From Desulfuromonas sp. (GTDB lineage: Bacteria > Desulfobacterota > Desulfuromonadia > Desulfuromonadales > BM103), in the NCBI GenBank assembly GCA_002869725.1, contig PKTY01000137.1, positions 1 to 50,084 of the forward strand: 50,084 nucleotides of DNA, given 5' to 3'. Within the stretch, counting starts at the first letter, position 1. Every line of letters begins with the position of its first letter. This document shows positions 32,754-42,110 of this stretch, piece after piece. Both the position numbers and the translations under genes were made by a program. The notes below the pieces were generated by a model, which searched no databases, was not told where the DNA came from, and saw nothing but the letters and a program-made list of their open reading frames with translations.

Positions 32754-33830
32754 ATGGCCAACTGCAATCTTTACCCCCAATCCTGCGGCATTCAACCGAT
32801 CCGCTACGCCGATGGCGTCTTAAGCCTGCTCGACCAGCGGAGGCTGCCGGTCGAGGAGATCTGGCTCGACTATACCGACTATCGTGAGGTCGCCGAAGCG
32901 ATCCGCAGCATGGTGGTGCGCGGAGCTCCAGCCATCGGGGTAACGGCAGCCTACGGTGCCCTGCTCGGTGCCAAGGCCAGTAGCGCCACTGATTTCGAAA
33001 CGTTCTGGGATGAACTCAACCAGATATGCGACCTGCTCGGCGCCACCCGACCGACAGCGGTCAACCTGTTCTGGGCCCTGGAGCGGGTCAAGAGCCTGGT
33101 GCGAGCCAATCCGGAACAGCCGGTGACCAACCTCAAGATCGCTCTCGAATACGAGGCCATGGCGATTGCCGAACAAGATGTGCGCATCAACATGGCCATG
33201 GGCCGCCACGGCGCCCAACTGCTGCCGCAGACGGTGCGCGTACTGACTCATTGTAACGCCGGCGCCTTGGCGACCGCCGGCTATGGCACCGCCCTCGGCG
33301 TGGTTCGCGCCGCTGTGGCGGCCGGCAAGCAGGTCAGCGTGCTGGCCGACGAAACCAGGCCGTTTCTGCAGGGGGCTCGGCTGACTGCCTGGGAACTGCA
33401 GCGCGATGGCATCCCGGTGACCCTGATCTGTGACAATATGGCCGGCGCACTGATGGCCCAGGGCGAGATCGATGCAGTGATTGTTGGCGCCGACCGCATT
33501 GCTGCCAATGGCGATACCGCCAACAAAATCGGGACCTACACGGTGGCGGTACTGGCCCATGAGCACAACATCCCCTTCTATGTGGCGGCACCAACCTCAA
33601 CCGTCGACCTGAGCCTGACGGACGGCAGCCAGATCCCTATTGAGCAACGTGATCCCCGCGAAGTGACCCACACCGGTGACATCCAGCTGGCTCCACAGGG
33701 GATCGAGGTGCGCAACCCTGCCTTCGACGTGACACCGGCTCGCCTGATCACGGCGATCATCACCGAGCAGGGGGTGGCCCGCGGCAATTACCTCGACGAC
33801 CTGGCCGACTTTGTCGGCCGGGCAAGCTGA
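32754..33830 (+). CDS. mtnA: S-methyl-5-thioribose-1-phosphate isomerase
   Basis: LLDQRRLP, VRGAPAIG, RPTAVNL, THCNAGALAT, ETRPFLQGARLT, NKIGTY, NPAFDVTP. Confidence 0.97.
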   Translation: MANCNLYPQSCGIQPIRYADGVLSLLDQRRLPVEEIWLDYTDYREVAEAIRSMVVRGAPAIGVTAAYGALLGAKASSATDFETFWDELNQICDLLGATRPTAVNLFWALERVKSLVRANPEQPVTNLKIALEYEAMAIAEQDVRINMAMGRHGAQLLPQTVRVLTHCNAGALATAGYGTALGVVRAAVAAGKQVSVLADETRPFLQGARLTAWELQRDGIPVTLICDNMAGALMAQGEIDAVIVGADRIAANGDTANKIGTYTVAVLAHEHNIPFYVAAPTSTVDLSLTDGSQIPIEQRDPREVTHTGDIQLAPQGIEVRNPAFDVTPARLITAIITEQGVARGNYLDDLADFVGRAS

Positions 33831-33840
33831 GTCTTGGCCA

Positions 33841-36800
33841 ATGATCTCCCTCCACCAAGACTGCTGGACCAGCCTGCTCTCCGCAAGCGACCCATCGGCC
33901 GCAGAAAGTACTCTGGAACAGGCCGGATTCGCCCATCCTTCCAGAACGCTGACCAACCTTCAGCTGCTTGCCAAGCTATGGCCTGACGAGCAGACCGTCG
34001 AAGCCTTGATCACCGAGTCGCTGCAGGCCGCCGATCCAGATCTGGCCCTGAACAATCTGGAGCGCCTTACTGAGACCGTCGCAGCAACCGACTTGCAGCG
34101 GGTGCTCAACAGAGCGGATCGTTGCCGCCAGCTGTTGACCATCCTCGGTGGCTCGCCTTTTCTGACCTCGATCCTGCTGCGCAAACCCGACTACTTCGCC
34201 GGACTGTTCAAGAGATCAGAGCTGGATCAGCAACGCGATCAAGCGGCGATGCTCGCCGACCTCCGCGAGGTTATTCCGGTCGACGCCGACTTTGAAGCTT
34301 TGCAGGCCGGCCTGCGACGCTTCAAGGCCCGGGAAATGCTCCGAATCGGCGGACGTGACCTGTGTGGGCTGGCCGACCTGGTCGAAACCACTGCAGAACT
34401 GAGCGCGCTGGCCGCAGCAACTCTGCAGAGCGCCTACGAAATTTGCGACCAGCTGCTACGTCTGGACTACGGAGCACCGTTGCTCGCAACCAAACCAGCA
34501 GAGCCCCTCGCTGAAGCCGAGTTTACCATCTTGGGCATGGGCAAATTCGGCGGCTGTGAACTCAACTTTTCGTCTGATATCGACCTGATCTATTTCTACA
34601 GTTCAGACCAGGGACAGACCACAGGAGTGACCGGCCCGCAGGGCGAGCTTCGCAATCAGACGACTCTTCACAGGTATTTCGTGCGTCTGGGGGAGATGGT
34701 CAGCAAAGCGATCAACCAGCCCACCGACGACGGCTTTGTGTTCCGGGTCGATTTGCGGCTGCGCCCGGAGGGGAACAGCGGCGAGATGGCCAACTCCCTG
34801 GCCGCCGCCGAAACCTACTACGAAAGCTGGGGCCAGAGCTGGGAGCGCTCGGCGATGCTCAAGGCCCGGCCGGTGGCCGGTTCCCTGGCCCTCGGCGAGA
34901 CCCTGCTGCAACGGCTTGACCCCTTCATCTACCGGCGTCACCTCGATTACGCCATGATCGAGGATATCAAGGTCATGAAGCAGAAGATCGATCACAACCT
35001 GGCCCGCGAGCGGGAAGGGGAAGCCAACCTCAAACTTGGCCATGGTGGCATCCGCGAGATCGAATTCTTCATTCAAGCTTTGCAGTTGATTAACGCCGGC
35101 AAAAAACCGCGATTGAGGGAACGCAACTCCCTCAAGGCGCTGCAGCTGCTCTGCACTGAAGAGTTGATCTCGGCGGACGAGCGCGACCATCTTGACGCGG
35201 CTTACCGATTTTTGCGCACTGTCGAGCACCGCATTCAGGTGGTTCACGAGCAGCAGACTCACAGCCTGCCGACACGCGAGGAGGACCTCAAGGCATTGGC
35301 CCGCCGCTGCGGATTCACCCGCACTGAGGATTTCCGTTCAGAACTGCAGCACCACCGCAGCAGGGTCTCCGCCATATTTCGCGACCTGTTCTATACCAGC
35401 GAAGAGGAGCTGCCCAGTAAGATCAGCGCTAAGGTCGCGTTCCTGTTCGACGCCGATGCCGACCCGGACCTGTGTATGGATATTCTTGAGGAGAAGGGAT
35501 TCAAGGAGCCACAGTCCGCCTACGACAGCCTGCTGGTGCTGCGCCGCGGAGGGACACGCGGTCAGTTGACCGCACGGGCCCGCCGTCACCTCGACCGCAT
35601 CGCGCCACTGCTGTTCCAGGAGGTTCTGGAATCTCCCGAGCCGACCATGGCCCTCTCCAACCTGGAAAAGTTTCTGGAAGCCTGCCGCCGAGCCCGGGGA
35701 ACTTTCTACGCGCTGATGGCCGAAAACCCCGAAACCGTCAAGCTGCTGATCAGCCTGTTCGCCACCAGCCAGTTTTTGTCACGCAACTTCATTCAACACC
35801 CGGAAGTCCTCGACCTGCTGGTCTCACGAGGCTATGCCGAGACGTCCAAGGACTTGGCGGCACTCTCTGCCGAATTGGATACCAGGCTAAGCGCCGATGC
35901 AGATTATGAGGACCGTCTGGACACCCTGCGGAGATTTCGCAACGAGGAGTTTTTGCGCATCGCCCTCAACGACATCTCCGGGCAGACCCTCCAGGGGAGC
36001 ACCACCCGTCAATTGTCGCTGGTCGCCGACGCCTGTCTGCAGCAGGCAACCCGCATCGCTCAGGATGAGCTGCTCCCCCGCTTCGGCCTGCCGTTCTGTG
36101 TCAGCAAGGACGGACAGTCCCATGAGGCGGGCTTCGCGATTGTCGGCATGGGCAAACTGGGGGGGATGGAGCTCAACTACCACTCCGATCTCGATATCAT
36201 CTTCCTTTACGAAGACGAGGGGGAGACAGCTCCCGTTACCGGGACCGATCCGGATCGGTTCAAGCCACAGACCAACCACCAGTATTTCGCCCGTCTGGCA
36301 CAGCGGATCATCTCGATTTTGACCCTGATGACCCGGGAGGGCTATGTCTACCAGATCGACACCCGGCTGCGTCCTTCGGGAAACCAGGGGCCTTTGGTCA
36401 GCTCCCTACCGGCCTACCAGAGCTATCATGACTCGTTGGCAGCCCCCTGGGAGCGCCAGGCTCTGATCAAGGCGCGGATTGTGGTCGGCAGCTCCGATCT
36501 GGCCAGCGCTTATCAGTCGTTGACCGATGACATTGTCTATCAGCAGCCGCTCGCCGACAACCTCGCTGAAGAGATCTCGCGGTTGCGACGGCGCATGGAG
36601 AACGAAGTGGCTCGAGAAGGGGGCGATCAACTCAACATCAAGACCGGCCGCGGCGGCATGGTCGATGTCGAGTTCCTGGTGCAGTACCTGCAACTGGTAC
36701 ACGGCCGCAGCTGCCCTGAACTACGCTGCCGCAACACCCTAGAGGCCTTGGCCGCTCTCCATGAACAAGAGATTCTCTCAGATGACGACTACTCGGTACT

Positions 36801-37053
36801 GATGAATGGCTACAAGTTTCTGCGGCGCCTTGAGAACAAGCTGCGCCTGGTTCACGATCAGTCGATCAACGAACTGTCTGCAGAACAGGGTTACCTGTCC
36901 AAACTGGCCAAGCACCTCGGCTACCCGGACCGCCCTCTCCCGGCCGCTGATCAACTGCGTGCCGAATACAGTGCGACGACCCAGGCGATTCGCGGCGTCT
37001 TTGAAGCCTACCTGCCCCCGGTCGAAACTGCTGAGCCGGAAACTCAGAGATAA
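33841..37053 (+). CDS. glnE: Bifunctional glutamine synthetase adenylyltransferase/deadenylylase
   Basis: Duplicated nucleotidyltransferase motifs GMGKFGGCELNFSSDIDL and GMGKLGGMELNYHSDLD, DLRLRPEG, KLGHGGIREIEF. Confidence 0.97.
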   Translation: MISLHQDCWTSLLSASDPSAAESTLEQAGFAHPSRTLTNLQLLAKLWPDEQTVEALITESLQAADPDLALNNLERLTETVAATDLQRVLNRADRCRQLLTILGGSPFLTSILLRKPDYFAGLFKRSELDQQRDQAAMLADLREVIPVDADFEALQAGLRRFKAREMLRIGGRDLCGLADLVETTAELSALAAATLQSAYEICDQLLRLDYGAPLLATKPAEPLAEAEFTILGMGKFGGCELNFSSDIDLIYFYSSDQGQTTGVTGPQGELRNQTTLHRYFVRLGEMVSKAINQPTDDGFVFRVDLRLRPEGNSGEMANSLAAAETYYESWGQSWERSAMLKARPVAGSLALGETLLQRLDPFIYRRHLDYAMIEDIKVMKQKIDHNLAREREGEANLKLGHGGIREIEFFIQALQLINAGKKPRLRERNSLKALQLLCTEELISADERDHLDAAYRFLRTVEHRIQVVHEQQTHSLPTREEDLKALARRCGFTRTEDFRSELQHHRSRVSAIFRDLFYTSEEELPSKISAKVAFLFDADADPDLCMDILEEKGFKEPQSAYDSLLVLRRGGTRGQLTARARRHLDRIAPLLFQEVLESPEPTMALSNLEKFLEACRRARGTFYALMAENPETVKLLISLFATSQFLSRNFIQHPEVLDLLVSRGYAETSKDLAALSAELDTRLSADADYEDRLDTLRRFRNEEFLRIALNDISGQTLQGSTTRQLSLVADACLQQATRIAQDELLPRFGLPFCVSKDGQSHEAGFAIVGMGKLGGMELNYHSDLDIIFLYEDEGETAPVTGTDPDRFKPQTNHQYFARLAQRIISILTLMTREGYVYQIDTRLRPSGNQGPLVSSLPAYQSYHDSLAAPWERQALIKARIVVGSSDLASAYQSLTDDIVYQQPLADNLAEEISRLRRRMENEVAREGGDQLNIKTGRGGMVDVEFLVQYLQLVHGRSCPELRCRNTLEALAALHEQEILSDDDYSVLMNGYKFLRRLENKLRLVHDQSINELSAEQGYLSKLAKHLGYPDRPLPAADQLRAEYSATTQAIRGVFEAYLPPVETAEPETQR

Positions 37054-37120
37054 TTTTGGTGGTGGTATATGGGAAACAGCGACAGGGAGAGGTCTCTGTT
37101 CAGGGGATAGCGCCCCAGGG

Positions 37121-37801
37121 TTAGTCTTCCTGTTCGAACCAGCTGTTAACCGGATGGGCCGGGTCAATATCAATTTTCCGGAAGGCCCGCTCCAGGCATT
37201 TGCGTTCAATGCTGGCGCGCAGGGCTGTGCAAATCGCGGGATCGATCTGCTTGAACTGAACTCCGAACTGCGGCTTCGCCCGGCTGGCGGTTTCTCCGGC
37301 AGGGATGCAGTAGAGGACCTGAGCGGACAACCGGATCCTCCGCTCGCCAAGCCTGAATTCAATCACCAGGGGTTGCTTAGCGGGGAGCTCATAATCGCAG
37401 GTCACCCGGCAGCCCCGGTCGGAGAGGGAAGTTATGTTCCCTGGCTGCCAGGCTCCATCAATCTGCAGGTCTGCGTCAATTTCGGTATTGACCCGGATGT
37501 GGCGGCGTGGTGAAGGAAAAAATTCATCCTCCAAAAGATGATAGAGCCGGGTCAGGGAGATGGGAGTCAGCAGACAGCTTCGGTCGCTGACCGGCATCGA
37601 GGTCAGCAGCACCGTACGGGTGGTGAAGGTCGGCTCAGCTAGACCATGCTCGAGAAAAACAACACCGGGTTCGACTTGCGGTTCGACCACCGAAAAACCC
37701 CAGTCGCCCAGCAGCGCTGTCAAAATTTGCAGCAAGACGGGGTTGCGGGTGACGATGGCAACCTGCCGGGCATTGCTCTGCCGGGTTCCGGACAACAGCA
37801 T
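37121..37801 (-). CDS. PilZ domain protein with N-terminal receiver-like segment
   Basis: RRHIR followed by SLSDRG, and FGVQF near the end. Confidence 0.75.
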   Translation of the reverse strand: MLLSGTRQSNARQVAIVTRNPVLLQILTALLGDWGFSVVEPQVEPGVVFLEHGLAEPTFTTRTVLLTSMPVSDRSCLLTPISLTRLYHLLEDEFFPSPRRHIRVNTEIDADLQIDGAWQPGNITSLSDRGCRVTCDYELPAKQPLVIEFRLGERRIRLSAQVLYCIPAGETASRAKPQFGVQFKQIDPAICTALRASIERKCLERAFRKIDIDPAHPVNSWFEQED

Positions 37802-37852
37802 CAGTGGTCTGACTCCCCCTTAAATCTTGAAGATATCCACACTCTGTTCGAC

Positions 37853-38683
37853 TCAAGCACGTTTTATGCCATCTGCTCCACAACTGCCCTGAGCGGGCAT
37901 CCCCCTTGGTGAGTCCGCGCCCTGCTCCTCGTCTCTGCGTAAACAGGGGTCGAGCAGGTGCCGTGGCCGGACGTTGCCCAGGGCGCTCAGCATGCTGCGT
38001 CTGAGGAAGCGGTTTTCCTTGTGGAGCTCATGCACCAACGCCTTCATTTTCTGGCGTTTCTGGTCCTGCTCTCCCTCGGCCGGGCAGCCACAATCAATGG
38101 TCGGGAAACTGTTGCGGTTGGCCAGCTTGCGGATCTCCCCTTCCTCCACATAGACCAGCGGGCGGATCACGGTGTGCCGACCGTTGTCGGCCAGCAGTTT
38201 CGGGCTCATTGCCGCCAGAGTACCGATGTAGAACTGGTTGAGCAGCAGGGTCTCGATAAAGTCGTCGAGGTGGTGACCGAGGGCGATCTTATTACAGCCG
38301 AGTTTGTCGGCCACGCTGTAAAGGACGCCGCGGCGCAAACGCGCACAGAAGGAACAGTAGGATGAGCCCGGGCGACGTTTTTCGTCAATCACTCCGGCAA
38401 AGTTTGCCGCTTCGATATGAACCTGGAATCCGCAGCGACTGAGATACTCGCGCAAAACCTCTTTGCGATAGCCGGGAAATCCGGCATCGATATTGACGGC
38501 AACAAGCTCGTAACGGATCGGCGCGCGGCGGCGAAGCTCATCAAGAAGGTGCAGCAGGGCATAGGAATCCTTCCCCCCGGAAACCGCTACCGCGATCCGG
38601 TCGCCCTCTTCAATCAGGGCAAAGTCGCCGATGGCCTTGCCGGTCAGTTTTCTCAGTTTGCGAAAGTGGGCATTGTGAATCAT
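37853..38683 (-). CDS. ttcA: tRNA 2-thiocytidine(32) synthetase TtcA
   Basis: PP-loop AVSGGKDS, CSFCARLRRG, GHHLDD, VIRPL. Confidence 0.9.
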   Translation of the reverse strand: MIHNAHFRKLRKLTGKAIGDFALIEEGDRIAVAVSGGKDSYALLHLLDELRRRAPIRYELVAVNIDAGFPGYRKEVLREYLSRCGFQVHIEAANFAGVIDEKRRPGSSYCSFCARLRRGVLYSVADKLGCNKIALGHHLDDFIETLLLNQFYIGTLAAMSPKLLADNGRHTVIRPLVYVEEGEIRKLANRNSFPTIDCGCPAEGEQDQKRQKMKALVHELHKENRFLRRSMLSALGNVRPRHLLDPCLRRDEEQGADSPRGMPAQGSCGADGIKRA

Positions 38684-38756
38684 AAAATATGACCGTAAGA
38701 CTCTACTATTGATAGGGCCGCATTGAACGATATCCGCTGAAAAATTGCAAGGAGTA

Positions 38757-39977
38757 TTAAAGGTGAGCCAGCCAGCTTGACGGAGGTTCGCTGGGGAGCC
38801 GGGTCATGATCTCGGAACGCTCCTGTTCGGAAAAACCGTCTCGCTGCAGCGCTTCCAAGTAGGCGTGCAAAATCTGCCGGGCCTGACCGGGAAGTTCCAG
38901 AGCCAGGCAGAGCTGGTAGAGTAACTTGATGGTCTTTTCGTCAGTCGGGCAGTAGCTTTGGGCAGAACGCAAAAGTTTGATCGCCTCCTGGGCACGGCCG
39001 GCCTCGGCGAGAATCCTGGCAAACAGCTCACTGCCCTCCAGGTAGAGCAGCTCAAGCTGGCCTTGAAAGGCCGTTGCACGGTCGGAACCGAAGTTCCCGG
39101 GGAGAAAAGGTCCCTGCCACAGGCTGAACGCCGAAGAGAACGCCAGCTCTGCCTGCCAGAGATTGCGGCCCTTAGCATGTTTAAAGCCTTTATTGACCAG
39201 ACGATCAAACTCCTGGGCATCAATCTGGCAGTTGTTGAGGTGAACGTAGCCACGGCGAACCAGCAGGTACTGTTTGCTGTCGATAGGGCCCAGCCCCTCT
39301 TCGAAGCTGCGGCGGACCCTGGCCAGCAAGGTGTCGAAACTGGAGCGGGCTCGCGCGTCGTTGCTGTCCGGCCAGCAGGTGGCCTGGACCTCTTCCAGGG
39401 GAATCTGATGTTCAGGAGCGGTGATCAGCATCGCCATCAACTGGCGCTGAGCAGCGCTCAAGGCGACTCCCCAGGGGAGGTTGCGCCCGTTGAGGCGCAG
39501 ATCGCAATAACCGAGGGTTTTGACCCGCAGCACCGGCAGACCATCGGGCCCAGGGGGGCCTTCTTCGGCATGAACTCTGCCGTCGTCATTTTTGGACGAG
39601 CGGCGCAGCAAGGCCTTGACGCGGGCGACCAGCAGTTTGGGTGAAAAAGGTTTCGACATGTAATCGTCGGCACCGACTTCCAGCCCGGCGATCACATCCC
39701 CTTCTTCGCTCTGGCCGGTCAGCATCAGGACTGGAACGCCACTCATCCAGGGATCGCGGCGCAGAGTCCGGCAGACATCCAGACCGTTGATGCCGGGGAG
39801 TTTCAGGTCGAGGATCAGCAGGTCCGGAAGGCGCTCCTCGATCAGACGCAACCCCTCTTCACCGGTTTCGACGATCGTGGTGCGAAAACCGGCCTTGTTC
39901 AGACAGGCAAACAGCAGCGTGCAGACACTGGGGTTGTCTTCGATGGCCAGGATGTACGATTGCTTGGCAGGACTCAT
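38757..39977 (-). CDS. Response regulator: REC + winged helix + BTAD/TPR-like activator domain
   Basis: REC (IEDN, LDLKLPG, GADDYMSKPF), WPDS..ARSSF, IDAQEF, LWQGPFLPG, PTDE. Confidence 0.8.
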   Translation of the reverse strand: MSPAKQSYILAIEDNPSVCTLLFACLNKAGFRTTIVETGEEGLRLIEERLPDLLILDLKLPGINGLDVCRTLRRDPWMSGVPVLMLTGQSEEGDVIAGLEVGADDYMSKPFSPKLLVARVKALLRRSSKNDDGRVHAEEGPPGPDGLPVLRVKTLGYCDLRLNGRNLPWGVALSAAQRQLMAMLITAPEHQIPLEEVQATCWPDSNDARARSSFDTLLARVRRSFEEGLGPIDSKQYLLVRRGYVHLNNCQIDAQEFDRLVNKGFKHAKGRNLWQAELAFSSAFSLWQGPFLPGNFGSDRATAFQGQLELLYLEGSELFARILAEAGRAQEAIKLLRSAQSYCPTDEKTIKLLYQLCLALELPGQARQILHAYLEALQRDGFSEQERSEIMTRLPSEPPSSWLAHL

Positions 39978-39979
39978 GG

Positions 39980-40780
39980 TCAGGCAGGGGGGAGCATGAT
40001 GAAACCCATCTGCCGGCCGGTGCGCCCCTGGTCACGCCGATAGGAAAAAAAGGATTCGCGGGTGCAGCAGGTGCACTCACGGGCCTGATCGATATTCGAG
40101 AGAGGAATGCCGGCAGCTTCAAGCTGAAGCAGACAGCTCAAACCAAGATCGAGTTGCCAGTGTCCGAGCCGGGTCTCGCGAGCGATGCGATCCCACTGGC
40201 CGCTGCCGCTGCGGAAGGCATCGCGCACCGGGCGGTCGACTTCATAGCTGTGAGACCCGATACCCGGCCCAATGGCTGCCCGCAGCTGGCGCGGCGCCAG
40301 GCCGAGCTGACTGACGAGGGCTTCGACCGTGTGTCCGATCAGTCCGGCGGCTGCCCCGCGCCAGCCGACATGCACTGCCGCCACCACCCCAGCCTCCTGT
40401 GCCCAGAGCAGGACCGGAAAGCAGTCGGCCACCAAGACCCCGATCATGACTCCGGGCTGGTTGGTGATCACGGCATCCGCATCAACCCGCTGAAAATGGG
40501 ACAGATCATGGTTGGGTCGGTCGAGCAGCAGAATCCCGGTTCCGTGAACCTGGTTGACCGTCAGCAACAGCCGGCCAGGCAGGCCAAATGCCGTGGCCAG
40601 GCAAACCCGGTTGGCTTCGACATGGGCCTCCAGGTCGCCACTGTTAAAACCGAGGTTGAGGGAGTTAAACGGCGGACGGCTGCAACCACCGTTGCGGGTG
40701 GTGAAGCCGGCGACAATAGCGGAGTGTCCGACCCAGGCCGGTTCCAGATAACTGATCTTTTTCTTGCGCGCGGTTTGCAT
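39980..40780 (-). CDS. pgeF: Peptidoglycan editing factor / purine nucleoside phosphorylase PgeF (YfiH)
   Basis: FTTRNGG, SLNLG, QVHG, ADCFPVL, HVGWRG, FFSYRR; downstream of rluD. Confidence 0.93.
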   Translation of the reverse strand: MQTARKKKISYLEPAWVGHSAIVAGFTTRNGGCSRPPFNSLNLGFNSGDLEAHVEANRVCLATAFGLPGRLLLTVNQVHGTGILLLDRPNHDLSHFQRVDADAVITNQPGVMIGVLVADCFPVLLWAQEAGVVAAVHVGWRGAAAGLIGHTVEALVSQLGLAPRQLRAAIGPGIGSHSYEVDRPVRDAFRSGSGQWDRIARETRLGHWQLDLGLSCLLQLEAAGIPLSNIDQARECTCCTRESFFSYRRDQGRTGRQMGFIMLPPA

Positions 40781-40783
40781 GGT

Positions 40784-41797
40784 CTAAATTATTTCTTCCA
40801 CAAGGGTGGCAGAGATTGCCAGATCCTGCGAATCAGTGCCGTAAAGGGCTTCAAGATGGTCGATGACAGCTTGCAGATCTTTCGCCAGCGGGCTGCAAAA
40901 TGCGAGCTGACGGCCATCGGGATGCGCAAATCCGAGCAACCAGGCATGCAGAAACTGGCGATTGAGCCCCTCGATCAGCCGCCGGGTTTCGTTGTCGCCG
41001 ATGGACTTGGCATGTCTGGGATTGCCATACAGCGGGTCTCCGACCAGCGGCAGGTTCATCTCCGAAAAGTGCACCCTGATCTGGTGGGTGCGGCCGGTCT
41101 CGAGGGTCAGGTCGAGAAGGGTCAGCCGCTCGCGGTCATAACGACGTAGAACCTTCCAGTGGGTGACGGCCTGGCGCCCAGAGCGGCTCTGACTGCTCAT
41201 CTTCTGGCGCTGAACCGGATGTCGACCGATTGGCCGATCGATGGACCCCTCATCGTTTTTCACCTGGCCATGAACCAGTGCGCGGTAGCGCCGCTCAATG
41301 GTGTGTGCCTTGAATTGTCGGGCCAGCAGGTTGTGGGCCTGATCGGTCTTGGTGGCGACCATGACACCGGACGTCCCCTTGTCGAGACGGTGGACGATCC
41401 CCGGTCGCAGTTCGCCGCCGACTCCAGAGAGGTCGGTACAGTGATGAAGCAGAGCATTGACCAGGGTCCCCGAATGATGGCCCGGCGCCGGGTGAACCAC
41501 CATGCCGGCCGGTTTGTCGACCACCACCAGGGCAGAATCCTCGAACAGGATGCGCAGGGGGATGTCCTGAGCCTCGGTACTGACCTCCGCCGGCTGGTCG
41601 AGGGTGACCAGCAACCTCTCATCGCCGCGCAACTTGTGCCCGGCCTTGACCGGCCTTCCGCTCAGAGTCACCGCCCCCTGATCGATCAGCCGCTTGACCT
41701 GTGAACGAGTCAACTCCGGCAGGTTGCCGGCCAAAAACTGGTCGAGGCGTTGGGCGGCATAATCGGGCGTCACGGCGAAGTGCCGCAGCTCGGTCAT
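40784..41797 (-). CDS. rluD: RluA-family pseudouridine synthase RluD
   Basis: S4 domain RLDQFLA, KPAGMVVHP, GIVHRLDKGTSG, ETGRTHQIRVH. Confidence 0.93.
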   Translation of the reverse strand: MTELRHFAVTPDYAAQRLDQFLAGNLPELTRSQVKRLIDQGAVTLSGRPVKAGHKLRGDERLLVTLDQPAEVSTEAQDIPLRILFEDSALVVVDKPAGMVVHPAPGHHSGTLVNALLHHCTDLSGVGGELRPGIVHRLDKGTSGVMVATKTDQAHNLLARQFKAHTIERRYRALVHGQVKNDEGSIDRPIGRHPVQRQKMSSQSRSGRQAVTHWKVLRRYDRERLTLLDLTLETGRTHQIRVHFSEMNLPLVGDPLYGNPRHAKSIGDNETRRLIEGLNRQFLHAWLLGFAHPDGRQLAFCSPLAKDLQAVIDHLEALYGTDSQDLAISATLVEEII

Positions 41798-41799
41798 GG

Positions 41800-42069
41800 C
41801 TACCAGATGGAGCTCTCGATTTTGCCGGCCTGTTTGACCATGACATCGACAATGGCACGGTCGTAAAGGTGATCACGGTCCTCGAGGTCGGGGGAGACTC
41901 TGCCGTGGAAATGCTCGCGCCCTTCAGCCAGCTCGTCCTGGAGGATGTCGAACAGCGAGTCGTTTTTGATCCCCTCCTGGACCTTCTCCTGATTGTAGAG
42001 GGCGATATCCGAAACGATCGCCCTCGCCAACCGAAATGCCAGCTTGGGATTGTCTACCAGTTTGGCCAT
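41800..42069 (-). CDS. Small conserved hypothetical protein
   Basis: 89 aa, RLARAIVSDIALYNQEKV motif; GGAGG RBS; abuts rluD. Confidence 0.8.
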   Translation of the reverse strand: MAKLVDNPKLAFRLARAIVSDIALYNQEKVQEGIKNDSLFDILQDELAEGREHFHGRVSPDLEDRDHLYDRAIVDVMVKQAGKIESSIW

Positions 42070-42110
42070 GTAGCCTCCGTCCTGTGTTAAAAATGATGCG
42101 GGAACCTCAA

